This document shows positions 36,836 to 50,614 of a DNA stretch of 64,000 nucleotides, piece by piece (position 1 is the stretch's first letter; each line of letters opens with the position of its first letter). A program made the position numbers and the translations under genes. Under the pieces are notes generated by a model that saw only the letters and a program-made list of their open reading frames with translations, was not told the origin of the DNA and made no database searches. Source of the stretch: Octopus sinensis (taxonomy: Eukaryota); contig NC_042997.1 of NCBI RefSeq assembly GCF_006345805.1, positions 163,680,001-163,744,000 on the forward strand. The letters run 5' to 3'.

Positions 36836-37570
36836 AAAAATGATAATGATGATGATGATAATAATAATAATAATAATGAATTAAAATGACTATGGTTCTC
36901 TCACAAATTTGTTATTTTTGTATATGTAAGAGATCATTTTTTTCTTCCTGTCATCCAATGTTGTATTTATTCAAGAAATTGGAGCAGAGCAGCACCCTCA
37001 AAGGAAGAAAAAAGAAATCATGTTAAATAGGATAAAGTAGCTTTATTAGTGACTTATCTTTGTAACCAAGAAGTTTTACTAAAAACACTTAAAATTGAGC
37101 TTGAAGAAAAACCTTAGAAATCAACTCTAACTTTAAAAACTAGAATGTATAATTCCTTGCAGTAAATACCCCCGCCATAGACATATTGTGACCCAGCAGA
37201 AATCGCATTGTATAGCTGACCTGGTTTACATAGTTAAAAATTCATACTTTTTATGCTTGTGAGGATAATATAGTTGAGAGGAATGACAGTGCTTCAGACT
37301 AAGTGAATTTAGTCAGTCTCACTATGTCTGCAGTGAAGTTCCATCAGGATTACTTATCCTTTGGTAAAATATATACTAGTAAAAGTTTGTGTGCATGTGT
37401 GTGTGTGTGTGTGTGTGTACCTTATGATACACACACAAGCACACACATTCATATACATATGTTGGTAGGTGATGATGCAGAGAGGGGGTACTCAGTACAA
37501 ATGTAGAGTGTAGCAGTACACTTAAGCTGGTCCAGTGCAACAGGCCACTGGATTGGCTTCAATAACTATA

Positions 37571-38265
37571 TCATCATCACCATCATCATCATCATCATCG
37601 TTTAATGTTCACTATCTAAACTGGTGTGGGTTGGATGGTTTGACTGAGGACTGGCAAGCCAGGAGTCTGCACCAACCTGATCTGGCAAGGTTTCTATAGC
37701 TGGATGCCCTTCCTAACGCCAACCACTCCTACAGTGTAGTGGATGCTTTTAGTGTGCCACTGGCACGGGAGCCTGCCAGGTGGCACTGACATTGACCATG
37801 CTCAAATGGTGCCTTTTTACATGCCAACAGCATGGGTATCAGTCAGGCGGCACTGGCATTGGTCACACTTGAATGGTGTGCTTTATGTGTCACCGTCACG
37901 GGAGCCAGTCAGGCAGCACTGGCATCAACCATGCTTGAATAGTGCTTATTACATGCCAGCACAGGTTCCAGTCAGGTGGCACTGGCATTGGCTACGACTA
38001 TGATTTCTCTTGACTCAACAGGTCTTCTCAAGCACAGCATGTTGCCTGATGATTGAAGAGTACTTTTAAATGGGCTAATTAGCAACACTAGCATCAACCA
38101 CAGCTACGATCTCACTTGGCTTGCCAGGTTCTCTCAAGCACAGCATATCTCCAAAAGTCTCGGTTGCTTGTCATTGTCTCTGTGAGGCCCAACATTTGAA
38201 GCTTGTGCTTCACCACCTTATCCCATGTCTTCTTGGGTCTATCTTTTCCACAGGTTCTCCCACCA
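37571..38265 (-). mobile_element. RTE-clade LINE 3' fragment
   Basis: Minus-strand C-terminal peptide GRTCGKDRPKKTWDKVVKHKLQMLGLTETMTSNRDFWRYAV; 3' UTR with about 66-bp tandem units; (GAT)n tail. Confidence 0.85.
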
Positions 38266-38314
38266 CACACACATGCATATATATGTTTATGTGTGTGCCT
38301 AAATATACATATAC

Positions 38315-39181
38315 AGTGAGTGATCAACAATTTTTATGATATACACATTCAGTCATACATACAAAAACCCACATCCATCCATCCCCCACATACACACAAC
38401 ATATATAAACCAAATGACAAACTGATTTAAGCCGGACATACCAGTCATATGTTTGTTCCTGTGTAGGAGTTCATGTGTGCGTGTTTGTAAATGTATGTCT
38501 GTGTTTGTACGAATGAGCATGTATGTTGATTATTCAGCTTGTCACCATGTGAGCAAAGAGATGCTGATGTTAGCATTCCTTGTTAAGGTATTGACCAGTT
38601 GCTCTGGTAAGAGTTGTCAACAGGAAGAACAACAGGTAGTAAAATTCTGCCATAAATAACTCCCCATCTAACTCATGCTATCATGGAGAGATGGAAGTTA
38701 AACAAATGAATGAACTATATATGTTGAATACAGGTGTGCATTTATACATATGCATACACACACACACATATATATACACACATTGATGCAAATGTACATA
38801 TACATTCATTTGTTTAACTTCCATCTCTCCATGATAGCATGAGTTAGATGGAGAGTTATTTATGGCAGAATTTTACTGCCTGTTGTTCTTCCTGTTGACA
38901 ACTCTTACCAGAGCGACTGGTCAACATCTTAACAAGGAATGTTACCATCAGCATCTCTTTGCTCACATGGTGACAAGCTGAATAATCAACATACATACTC
39001 ATTCGTACAAACATGCACACAGGTACTCCTGCACAGGAACAAACATATGACTGGTATGTCCGGCTTAAATCAGTTTGGCATTTGGTTTATATATGTTGTG
39101 TGTATGTGGGGGGATGGATGGATGTGGGTTTTTGTATATATGACTGAATGTGTATATCATAAAAATTCTTGATCTCTCACT
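38315..39181. repeat. About 870-bp palindrome (arms 38315-38712 and 38803-39181, spacer about 90 bp)
   Basis: Arms align end to end with scattered substitutions and one indel of about 20 bp; the spacer is a TA/CA microsatellite. Confidence 0.95.
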
Positions 39182-40370
39182 CATGTTCCTGTTAAGTCTT
39201 TATCTATAGCCCTTTTCCTCTTCATTAACCTTTCTTTATCTCTCACATTCTCTTGTTCACTTTCTTGTTATACCAGGTGGTGTACTACATCACCTGAATA
39301 ACAAAGGCTGGCAGTGGTTCTTCCATATTCAGTCTTCCTTATTTTCACATTCTACCATTCAACCTCTCTTCCAGCATGACACCTGTTTAATGAGAGGTGG
39401 CAATGAATCTGTCCATATCCAACACTCCTAGCACACTACCCTTCTTTACGGCTAGCCATCACTATTCCCTTATTAGCATCTATCACTATCTCCCTATTGC
39501 AATGTCCATATGTATTGCTATTCAGCATCTCTATCTCTGTCTCTCTGCCTCTGTATCTCTCTCATTCATCATTTCCTCCCCTCACAAATTGTTTACATAC
39601 ACCTCTCTCACATTTCCTTTACTCTTTCTTCTAACACCTTCTTTACACTCTATCACTTTGTCCCCACCCACTATTATGCTGCATATTGCTGTTTTTCTTT
39701 TCAATCTCCTTCCCATTAATCAAATAGCTGTCTATCATTGTCCTATTTTATTTTTTCAGCAATCACTCTATCCCTCTCCTCTCTCTTTACTGAACCTGAT
39801 CCTTCTGTTACTGCTCTCTCTTTTTTCACCCATTCACTTTGGTTCTTACTCTATCATCACTTTCTCTTCTCTTCAGCCTCTTATCATATTACCTGGAATG
39901 AACAGAGACAAAGCAGAGTAGAGAAGACTCTTTAGTCTTACAGAGGATAATGCAATCTTTCTAATGCTGGTGCTATGATAAAATGCACTTTGTAAAGTGG
40001 ATGGCATTTGGAAGGGCATCCAGCTAGAGAAATCATGCCAAAAATGGACTGTTCAAGTGAAACTATTGAAAAGGGCAGTACTTTCACACAAGAACTGACT
40101 TGAGCAGTGATGACCTGTCTGACACATACCAGCATGGAAAGCAGATGTAAAATGATGATGATGTTATGCTTAGAAAAATAATTAGAGTTTAAACATTTGA
40201 AATTTAATAGTTGTACAAATTGTGTTTTAGCTGATAGCTGCCATTGTTTTTTGTTTTTTTTACACAACTTTTATTCGTATGTGGAGTTAAAGAGAATTAA
40301 AAGAGAGTGTGTATGTATAGTGATGTAATGACTACTTATGACTTCATAGTTGTAATTTCATTTATATATT

Positions 40371-40765
40371 ACTAACAGTATTGCCCGGCGTTGCTCGGGT
40401 TTGTTTCGACCCTTTAGAATTGGAACTTTTGAAAAGTAAAACTTTTGCATTATGTCGCTTGGTATTCTCTTTAAGTGAACATTTTTCTGGTTAAAATACA
40501 CCGAAAAATGGCGATACAGCAGTAAAAAAAATCATAAAAAATAGGGATTTTCATAGAAAAAAAGCACCTATTTGATGTAAATAATTTTTGGTGTTAACAT
40601 GGTCTGATTTGAATTTTTTCTTCTACGGAAGGAAGTGCAAGCCTTCTTCTATCATACTCTCAATTTTGGTCAACTTGCGCCGCAGGGTCTCGGAGGAGAT
40701 AGTGTTAGTTGAAAGTTACCAAACCTGCCATACACTGACAACTTCAGCTTTATATATATAGAGAT
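40371..40765 (+). mobile_element. Non-autonomous Helitron/Helentron (DINE/HINE-like) element
   Basis: Starts ACTAACAGTATTGCCCGGCGTTGCTCGGG (5' hairpin) and ends TTTATATATATAGAGAT between T residues; CpG-rich relative to the flanks. Confidence 0.55.
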
Positions 40766-41426
40766 TTTCATTTATCAGGAAAGTTATTTGTGATTCTCTT
40801 AGATTTAGAAACATTTGTTTTAGACTATCTTTTTCAGTTCTTTAAGATTTATAATGAATTAACAATATTTCCAGAACTATAAATATAATATCTTGTTTGT
40901 GAAATGCCAATTTCCTATCTGTTAATTTAATGTCTTAAAATTTTACTTTGTTGTTGTTTGTTCCTTCTCAAGCCATGCTTGGCTTATAAGGGCCAGTTTC
41001 CTGGTTTCATTGGTGTTTAGGTTCCCCACCTGGACAGGATGTCAGTCCGTTGCAGGTGAGCTGCTTGATGCTGGAGGAAAGGAGTAAGAAAAAGTGGCGA
41101 AATAGTTAGCAGAAATTTGCCATTACTTTCTGCTGGAGCCACATAGAACTTAGGTGTTTCGCTCATAAACATACACATCACTTAGTCTGAGATTTGAACC
41201 TGCAATCCCTCGACCGTGAGTCTGCTGCTCTAATCTCTAGGCCATGTGCCTCCAAAATTTTACTATTCTTGTAGTAAAATGTAAACAGTTGAAAATATTA
41301 ATTGAACTGCTATCTAATTAATCTGCTTTGGTCCTTTATATCAATTAATATAGTTAAAAGGTTTTAATAATATTTCATAGAAATTTTATGTATGATCTCT
41401 TTTGTATCTATACTGTTTATGTTAAT

Positions 41427-41841
41427 AGGTGTAGGTGTGTCTGTGTGGTAAGAAGTTTGCTTTCTGTCCACATGGTTCCAGGTTCAGTCCCACTGTATAG
41501 TACCTTGGGCAAGTGTCTTCTACTATAGCTTCAGGCTGACCAAGACTTTGTGAGTGGATTTGGTAGACAGAAACTGAAAGAAGCCCATCATATATATACA
41601 CACATAGATATATATGCATGTATGTGTGTGTGTCTTTGCATCTTGTGTTTGTTTGACAACTGGTATTGCTTAACAACAGGTATTGGTGTTTTTATGTTCT
41701 TATAACTTAGTGGTTCAGCAAAAGAAACCAGGCTTAAAGATAAAATAAGTACTGGAGTTGAGCCATTCGACTAAAATTCTTCAAGGCAATGCTCCCAGCA
41801 TGGCCGCAGTCTAATGACTAAAACAATTAAAAGACAAAAAG
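41427..41841 (+). mobile_element. tRNA-derived SINE (family 1)
   Basis: Same head, central block and tail as the 25423 copy. Confidence 0.85.
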
Positions 41842-42070
41842 TATATATGTTTACTTTGGTTATTAATAAGCAATTTAAACTAATAATAAAGCTTCCTCTT
41901 ATTAAACAAATATGTATAGCAATCCTTAATAACTCTCTTCTAATGCAGCAAATTCAGTAAACATTTAAAATTGTTTAGAGTGTTAGTACTAATTTGTGTG
42001 TGTGTATATATATAGATATGTGTGTGTGTGAGTGTATATATATATATATATATATAGATATGTGTGTGTG

Positions 42071-42125
<55 letters not shown>

Positions 42126-44076
42126 AATCTTTGCAGCTGATTGTGTGTTCTCATTTAATAGTCACACACTGACTACTGTAATTGTTAGTGTTGAGGGCAT
42201 CAGATGGGAGATTATGAGTTATTTGCATTTTACACTTAATATGGGGACAGCATCTAAATGCCTGTGAAAGAGGTAGAGAATAGAAAGGGGGGAAAGAAAG
42301 AAAAGGAACTATGTCAGTCCTATACTACAAAATTTCAGACAGTACACTTGTTTACATTGGTGAATTTAATCTACAGTGGTAGTTATATGAAAGGGATTGA
42401 TGTCCTAGCTTTTACGTGCATGCATATATACACCAACTCTGCATATTTCCATCACAAATATATATCAGATATTCTGTCATTCTTTTAGAAAACTGTCTCC
42501 CTGTCTCTCTCTCTCACTCTCTCTCTCTCTCACATGCACACACACTTCCTCTAATACACACTCACACTCTCTCACACACACACACACTCTCTCTCACACA
42601 CACACACACCATTTAGTTACAGCTGGTGGATTGATAAGGTTCCTCTGTCACTTCATTGTTTTCAGCAGCTGAGACATTTAATTCTTGCTGGATCTGTTGA
42701 TTTAGCTGTAAATAGCTAATATAACTAGATACAGCTCACTGCTGTAAAGAAAGGGCAGTAGCACTGTATAAATAACAGTGATATTGTGTTAACTTTCTGT
42801 TCTATGTTCAAGATTTGAATGAACTTGGGAACCTGTTTCAATATTCAGCTTAGGGAGAAGTTCTTTTGCCATTTGTACTTTATATTTTGTATGATAATAG
42901 AATTTATATTTCATTTCCTTTTATCAATGATAAGCCAGAATTAAACAGCAAATGTGTTTACAATTGGGGATGGTCATTCTTTTTGCCAATTATTTTGTTT
43001 AAGTATTTTGTGCAAATATACAAAACCAAAGTACATAACAATAAAAAGTGAATACATTATTTCTGTATTCTTATTGTTGATGCTATCTAAAACTGACAAA
43101 TGACATGAAGGTAACGGTCAAGGGAAAAAACATTTCATCTTTGTGATTGGCAAACTTCTCTATGATTTAGGACTTGAAATGTGTGATTTCTATATTGACG
43201 GAAAAGGGTGTTGGAAGATTTAGTTGTTGCATTATGTAGATGATTTTTAACATAAAAGCTCTGTGATGAGATCAATATACGTTATAATACTGTAGTTTTT
43301 ATATATTTTGTGTAGACTATGTTGCTGGTAGATTCTTGGTTGTTCGTTTAAGGTTGTTTTGGTGTTGTTTATTCCCAGATCAGCCCAGTTGTAGCAGATT
43401 TATGATCAAAAGTTGCTCCAGTTGTGACTATTCTTTTATTTTACACACACACACACACAGAGGTACGCATGCATGTACACATACACCCACACACACACAT
43501 ACACACCTTATGAACCTACATACATACATGCATATGTATATACACCCATAAATACTCTTCTTTCAGTTTCCGTCTACTCTGTCAGATCTGCTCACTAAGC
43601 TTTGGTCAGCCTGGGGCTATAGAAGAAGACACTTGCCTGATAAATCAACTAATTTCTTTTTAGTCCATGTAGCCACTCTTCCTTCTGACTTTACTTTATT
43701 GTTATAAACATTATTTCCCTTCTGATTTACTGACCATGCAACCTACCCATCAAATAATATGTAGTTCACTGATTCAAATGAATACCAAAACACTTAGATA
43801 ACTTTAAGAACCTGGACATAATATATCTTCAGTATGCTTAAGAATGTTCTCTGACATGCCATATATGTTAGAAAACACTTGAAATATGCTTTTTGTTTTT
43901 GTAGAATTACTAGAAGAATATTTACTCTATACATTTTATCTTCATTGTGAATATTCATCATTAAACTAAACAACGGTAGTGAACTGGCAGAGTTATTTGA
44001 GTGTTGCATACAATGCATTGCAATATTTGTTCCAGATCTCTATACTTTAAGTTCAAATCCTATGAAGGTCACCTTT

Positions 44077-45055
44077 TCATCATCATCATCATTGTCGTTT
44101 AACGTCTGTTTTCCATGCTGGCATGGGTTGGATGGTTTGATTGAGGTTTGGAGAGCCAGTGGCTGCACCAGGCTCCAATCTGATCTGGCAGTGTTTCTAC
44201 AGCTTGATGCCCTTCCTAACGCCAACCACTCCGAGAGTCAGTCAGGTGGGCCTTGCATCAATCACATTTGGATAGTGCTTATTACCTGCCACTGGCACGG
44301 GGGCCAGTCAGTGGGTACTGGCATCAGCCATGTTCAGATGGTGCTTTTTATGTGCCACTGGCACGGGGGCCAGTCAGGTGGTCCTGGCATCGATCATGTT
44401 TGGATAGTGCTTTTTACTAACCTCCACCAAGTATATCATATTGCCTGATGCATCAGGGGTACTCTTAACTGGGCTGGACATGCGTGGCTGCGATCTCACT
44501 TTAGTTACTGGGTATTCTCAATCACAGCATATCTCCAAAGGTCTCGGTCTCTTGTCATTGAGGCCCAATGTTTGAAGGTCATGCTTCACCACCCCATCCC
44601 ATGTATTCCTGGGTCTACCTCTTCCACAGGTTCCTTCCACAGTTAGGGAGTCGCACTTCCTCACAGAGCTGTCCTCATCCATACGTAACACATGACCTTA
44701 CCAGTGCAATCGTCTCTCTTGCACACTACACTTGATGCTTTTTATGCCCAACTTTTATCTCAGGGTGCTCACACTCTGTCATGTATGCACACTGACATTA
44801 CACATCCAGCAGATCATACTAGCTTCATTTCTTTCAAGACTACGCATGTCCTCAGCAGTCATGGCCCGTGTTTCACTGTTGTGTAGCATGGCAGTTCACA
44901 CACATGCATCATACAGTCTACTTTTCATCCTGAGCAAGATGCCCTTAGTTGCCAGCAGAGGTAGGAGCTCCTTGAACTTTGCCCAGGCTATTCTTATTCT
45001 AGCTGCTACACTCTTAGAGTAACCACCCCCACTACAGACTTGTTCGCCTAGTGTT
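44077..45055 (-). mobile_element. RTE-clade LINE, 5'-truncated and decayed
   Basis: The minus strand reads ...SVAARIRIAWAKFKELLPLL...RLYDACV*TAMLHNSET...GRGRPRNTWDGVVKHDL with stops; same 3' UTR repeats and (GAT)n tail as 37571. Confidence 0.88.
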
Positions 45056-45198
45056 TATGTTCTTGTTCTTTAGTGTTTATTGCCTCTGTGCATCTTCCAC
45101 ACACAAAAACTATTTTCCTGGTTAACCCTCCTTTGATATCACTGCAGCTTTTATGTGTCTATAGCTTACACTGGGTACACCAGGTCTCTCTCTCTCTC

Positions 45199-45239
<41 letters not shown>

Positions 45240-46750
45240 CATAAATTCTTCTATGTTGAAGACATCAAAATGCTGAAATATATCATGACAGAAAGCAGAT
45301 GTAATGAGATTAAAAGTATTGCCCTATCTATCTATCCGTCTGTCTGTATATAAATATATATATATATATTACACATATAAATAACGAAATAAATATTTTT
45401 AAATGGTGAAACTAAGAATTTCCCTGGAATCCCTGAAGAAACTTTTTTACTAAATGCATTGTATTGACAATTATTTAATTATTTGTACTAACCTAGAACA
45501 GTAGACTAGCAGGACTATTTGAGAGTTCAGCTAGATGGTATATGTTCTGGTTGTTTGGAATCTGACAGTAATGCCTGTAACAACACTGATGCCAAGCTTT
45601 AAAAGCCCAAGCTGGTGGCCTTTCCCTTGTACTGGCATAGGTGGTATGGAGAATGGAAACTTACATACATGGGCAACTGAAAATCTCCCTCAAAAACTTT
45701 TGCCCACTCAGGCCTGCATATATATATGTAGATGCATGATCTAAGTATTTCAAAATACATCAACTTGAAGTATTTTTAATACTGTCACATAAAAACCTTC
45801 ATTAAATTTCCTGATAAGTACATACCAGAAAGCAAATATATGAAGTGTGAATGAGTGATTAAATTTGATTATCATACTGTATTGCTTTCAGCTGTTATCT
45901 AGTAGTACATAGTTATATATTAAGATAAGATGAATTAGGTATTAAGATAAATTTATCTAGTATAAATTTTGTGATTATGGAAATTGGTGTGAAGGGTAGA
46001 ATGTTACACTAGTTGTATTCATATGCTTTCAGTGTTGACTTTGATATTATCCCCATGGGTCAACAGAATAGGCACCAGTAATATACCAAAGTTAAATTAT
46101 AATATCGTTATATCCAACTAAAATAAATAGATGTTAACTTATATTAATGTCAGTTTGTTTTAGTTTATTCATCAAGGATATTTAATATTATATTTTATAA
46201 ATACCTTGTCTAAGCACAGTCATTTTATTTCTATATTGTGAATGCTTATTGGCTTCTAGATATTCTTTAGGTATTTTTCATCCTGTAAAGTGGTTGGTGT
46301 TAAGAAGGGCATCTAGCTGTAAAACTATGTCATAGCAGACATTGCAGCTCAATCCAGTACTTGGACACGTTGGATCCGGTCAAACCATCCAACTCATGCC
46401 AGCATGGGACATGGATATTAGATAATGATGATGATTTTTTTTTACATTCTACTGTACGAAAATAATTTTCTTATCTGCTAATCAAAAACATAAGTTTTGT
46501 GAGTTTAAATTTTAATATGCAAAGTCATTGCATTTCTTTTTTCTACAAGCCATATTAGATATGCTTATACTCTGAAGCTACAAACATGTAGATGGTTATC
46601 AGAATACAGATAAATTAACTATCGTACAAAGTACAATTAACATTTGCATCTTCATATAAAATAATAAAATAAACACTTCAATATTCTGTTTAATTTTTAT
46701 TCAGATTCAGTGATAAATATTGAAAATCCCCTCTTTCTTTTTTAACACAG

Positions 46751-46924
46751 GTCAAGTCAACCAGTTGCTGAAATACCAACTGATAAAACTCAATCTACTC
46801 CACGTAAACAACAACATTATACTAGTCGTCACCACCTTACTGAACCTGTGACTTCTTGTGAAAAGCAAGAAGCTTCAGAAGGCGTTGAAACTGTTGTTAA
46901 ATTAAGCGGATCTGTTGCAGAAAG
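46751..46924 (+). CDS. SVIL: Supervillin exon SSQPVAE...RHHLTEPVTSCE...SGSVAE(R)
   Basis: ctttctttttaacacag| acceptor and GAAAG|gtaaat donor. 174 nt, phase 2-2, open (below the ORF-track threshold); contains a further RxxTEPVT motif copy and the start of SVAERL. Confidence 0.9.
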
Positions 46925-49900
46925 GTAAATTTATAGTTATTTTAATTTCACTTTATATAGATAAAAGTTTAAAAAAATATATCACATACTAAAAGTTAAA
47001 AATTTTATTAGGACCTTTAAAACAAATTTTAAAATAGTTTTCCTTCTCTATGAAGCATACAAATGCACTTAATCATGTGTGTGCATATTATTCAGTAAGT
47101 TTTGTATATTTTATGAAAATATTTTATCAAGGTAATGAATGTATTTAAGGTAGAATTCATTTTGTTCCTTTAAAATATAACAAAGATCTTTTAGATTTCA
47201 GGACATGGTAGTCCAGAATTAGATAACAAAATGCATTTTATTTCAGCTGCAGCTCTAATAATCTTGGTTGGTTATAAAAGTATCCACATATCATAATTCC
47301 CATGTGTTGCTATTTATTCACCTATTTAGAAGTTGTAGTATTTCTGTGATGAATTTTTGGAACAGATGCAAAACTGTTGTGTTTATTTTATTGCTTTTAA
47401 AATGAAATTATTACATATTATAACCTTTACAATGTTTGACTTGTCATTATGCAACAGCTGCATATGACAAACTAGTTGTAACATTTTCAGTAGCTGAAAA
47501 CTTTGTTGGTTTAGAGTGTCAGATATGTGATGTCATATTTACTCATTTTGAGAATATTTCTTCCTCTATGATAACATTTATCTGGCATTATATTTAATAA
47601 TTTTATGAAATAATTACTGTGAATTTCAAACTTTCTATCAGTTATATCATGCATGTATTTATAATTATAAGTAAAAGCACAACAGTTTCTAAATCCAGTT
47701 CCTCTTCAATATCTTGACTCCTATAGAATAAGAGATAAATTGTTTAAATATAGTTTCTAATCAAAGCAATTTGTATTTTTGCAATTAGCTGTTTATTCAT
47801 TCTAAATAGTTTAGAGATTTTTCCACTCATAACAAATTTTATTTTTTATTTTTCTAATAACATTATGCATACTATTACAGGTTTTTAGGCAATATGCAAA
47901 TATAGATGAAAAAAAAAATGAAAGGTTACAAAAAATAAATGTATAAATGAAAAATATAAAATATTCATAGAAAAGGAAAGTTTTCATACAGTTGGACTGA
48001 TATTTAAAAATTTTTTTAGGATTGTATTCTGTGTCAGAAAGAGAAGGGAAAAGTGGGCAAGCATGCAGACATAAAGCATGTGAGCTATGTAAATATTGGT
48101 GACACGGAGTTGAATGGAGCAGGTAGTAGGAACAATAGTGTTGTAGTTTACGTACATAATTGAAGTTATTGAACTAAGGAATTCTTTTCTCTTTGTAGTG
48201 AGAAAGATATTCAGTTTGTTGAAAACAAATTCAGTTGTCATAATAACATAATCTTTCCAGACTAAACATGTAGGGTTGTTTCTTTGAAGTTCTCAGCCCG
48301 CTTCATTGACTATAAAGTGCAACTGTATTCTAAGAGACTGTAAATTGGGAATTTTAATGTTCTTGATGATAAACCTCAAAGTCAAGAAAGTTCAAGGATT
48401 CATTTTACAAATTTTTTTTGTAAATAGGATGAACATGACAGAGTCAGCTATTGGGGAATACTGAGGAGACTTAAAATAAAGAACTTTAAGTAGAACAAAG
48501 CTCATGTCAATCTGAAATCAGTATCTCCATATGAACAAGATATCTTGTAGTCATTCTGAAATAAGAGATGCAAGTAGCAAGCATTACAATCTATTCACAA
48601 TAATAAATTGCTAGTAAGACTTGATGCAATAAATTCAGAGCATGTAAGAGAATATCTGCCAAATTTATGAAAACTAACGGGCATCTTTTCTTTGAAGAAG
48701 AAGAAAAAAGGCTCGCCAATATAAAATGGTTGTAAAGAAATTAAGCAAAATGTTTTAATGTAGATTAATTATACTTAATTAAATAGTATGAGTTATATAC
48801 TTAAGTAGCTGTATGAGATTTCTATATATGTGTGTGTGTTATATGTAAATGCGCACATACATGTATATATACATATACAACACATGTGTTTGTATGTGCA
48901 TGCACATGTGTTTGTATGTGCATGCACATGTGTTATGCAGATATACAGGAGTAAAAGTACGAAATACATATAAGCAGAATTTATTCATTCAAAGTGAATG
49001 AGTCATGCAGTGACAATTCTTAGTTTCTTGTGAGTATGCATTATGTGACGAAGGAATGAATAATTAAGGAACATGACTACTATCCTTCTTAGGTTTCATT
49101 GGCCAGCTTTGGTCTGATGTTTATCTGAGTGGTATTGTATAACAGCATAGATTTTCAGGATGTTTTTAGTTGGGAGAGTTACCGTAGCAATTCTGCTGCT
49201 CTCTCTCATATAGGTTCTAGCAAATGGACATCACAGGGGTAGAAAGTTTATTTATTTATTATTTTATATTGCTGTATTCTGAAGGAAAGCTCTATTGGTT
49301 ACAAGCTTTCAAGAAGCCAAGTACTCGTTTAATGTATTTCAGGCAGTAACAAGGAAGTGTCTCACATGATGTGAAGGACTTAAGTCTGTCAAACACTGCT
49401 TATTGGGTTTTCTTGACTTTGCGTTTATCCTGTACATATGAAGCAGTGAATGTACATACAAACATAAATACACGTGGATAGTGTGTGCATGCATATGTGC
49501 GCACATGCCCACACACACGCACAAATATATTTTGAGTTTTGCATAGTCTCTAGTGACCAAATTTTGCTATCAAGGATAAGTCATCATAAAGCTAAAGTAT
49601 AATACATGCCCTAAGTGCTGTGGTGTGGGTTTGAACCCAGAGTCACATCCATACCTAGTACAATGTGCATGTTAGCTATAGCTTAGCCATTGCCAGTACC
49701 CCGCAAGGGTGGAATATGGTTATTCCTTCTGTATTTGGAAGGTGTATTGTCAGTAATATTTATTCTCATAAACAGGTATATTTAACATTTCTTAGAAGAA
49801 CCATTAGACACAAACATGTTTGTAAGTGGGTGGTGTTAGAGTATGCACAAGAGGGTTTACTATAGTTATTTGGGTGAAATAAAAATAATTTTCACATCAA

Positions 49901-50563
49901 TTTAAAAAGTAAAGCATTGCTTTCTCAGTTTTTCTTTTGGGATTCATTAGTCCTTCAGAATTTGGATTTAGTATTACTTTGTCTTTTTAGATTTTGAATT
50001 TTCCTTATAGTTTTTAAAAATAGTACAATGTAATATAAGTTTGCTATATAATGTTTGAAACATTGCTTTATAGATTTTATCTTTTTTGAAAATATATATT
50101 GAATAAGCTTAAATATGGTGTTTACACAAAATGCTAATATTGCAAATTATCTATCTTTCTTTTGAAAAGCTATCTCTAGATACATCTATATCTGAAACAG
50201 CTATAATAATTAGTTTAAAATTTTAGCAATATAATGCTTAGTTCTCTTTACAATTCTCTCTTATTCTGTCTTTCTCTTTATATGTATTCATATTTATGTA
50301 CAGACACACGTCATGCCATTGTACTTCTTTATTAAAAATTATTGTCATTTGACATCATATGCTGTAGGTAACAGTACTTTAAAACTAAAAGTAAAATTTG
50401 AAGTGTCTTTCGTTAATCAATCAAAATCTGATAATGTTAATTATCCTTTGTATGTTTTTCTTGGTAATGGCCATTTGGGTTGTTGATTATTTTGCCTTGT
50501 CATTGTCTTTGTTTTGTTCTGTACTACTGTGAGAAAATGTCAACTAATTTGTTGATCTTCCAG

Positions 50564-50614
50564 AGATAATTCTCCTCAGATGTCAGTTGATGATCTTGGC
50601 TTACCAGCCAACAG
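50564..50614 (+). CDS. SVIL: Candidate 51-nt cassette exon with GC donor (DNSPQMSVDDLGLPANR)
   Basis: actaatttgttgatcttccag| acceptor with CTAAT branch-point match, and AACAG|gcaagt (optimal GC-AG donor). Phase 2-2, open in the supervillin frame. Confidence 0.65.

Noticed and set aside
47990-48720. Possible transposase remnant on the minus strand
   Set aside because: Only a short ORF with no recognisable motif.
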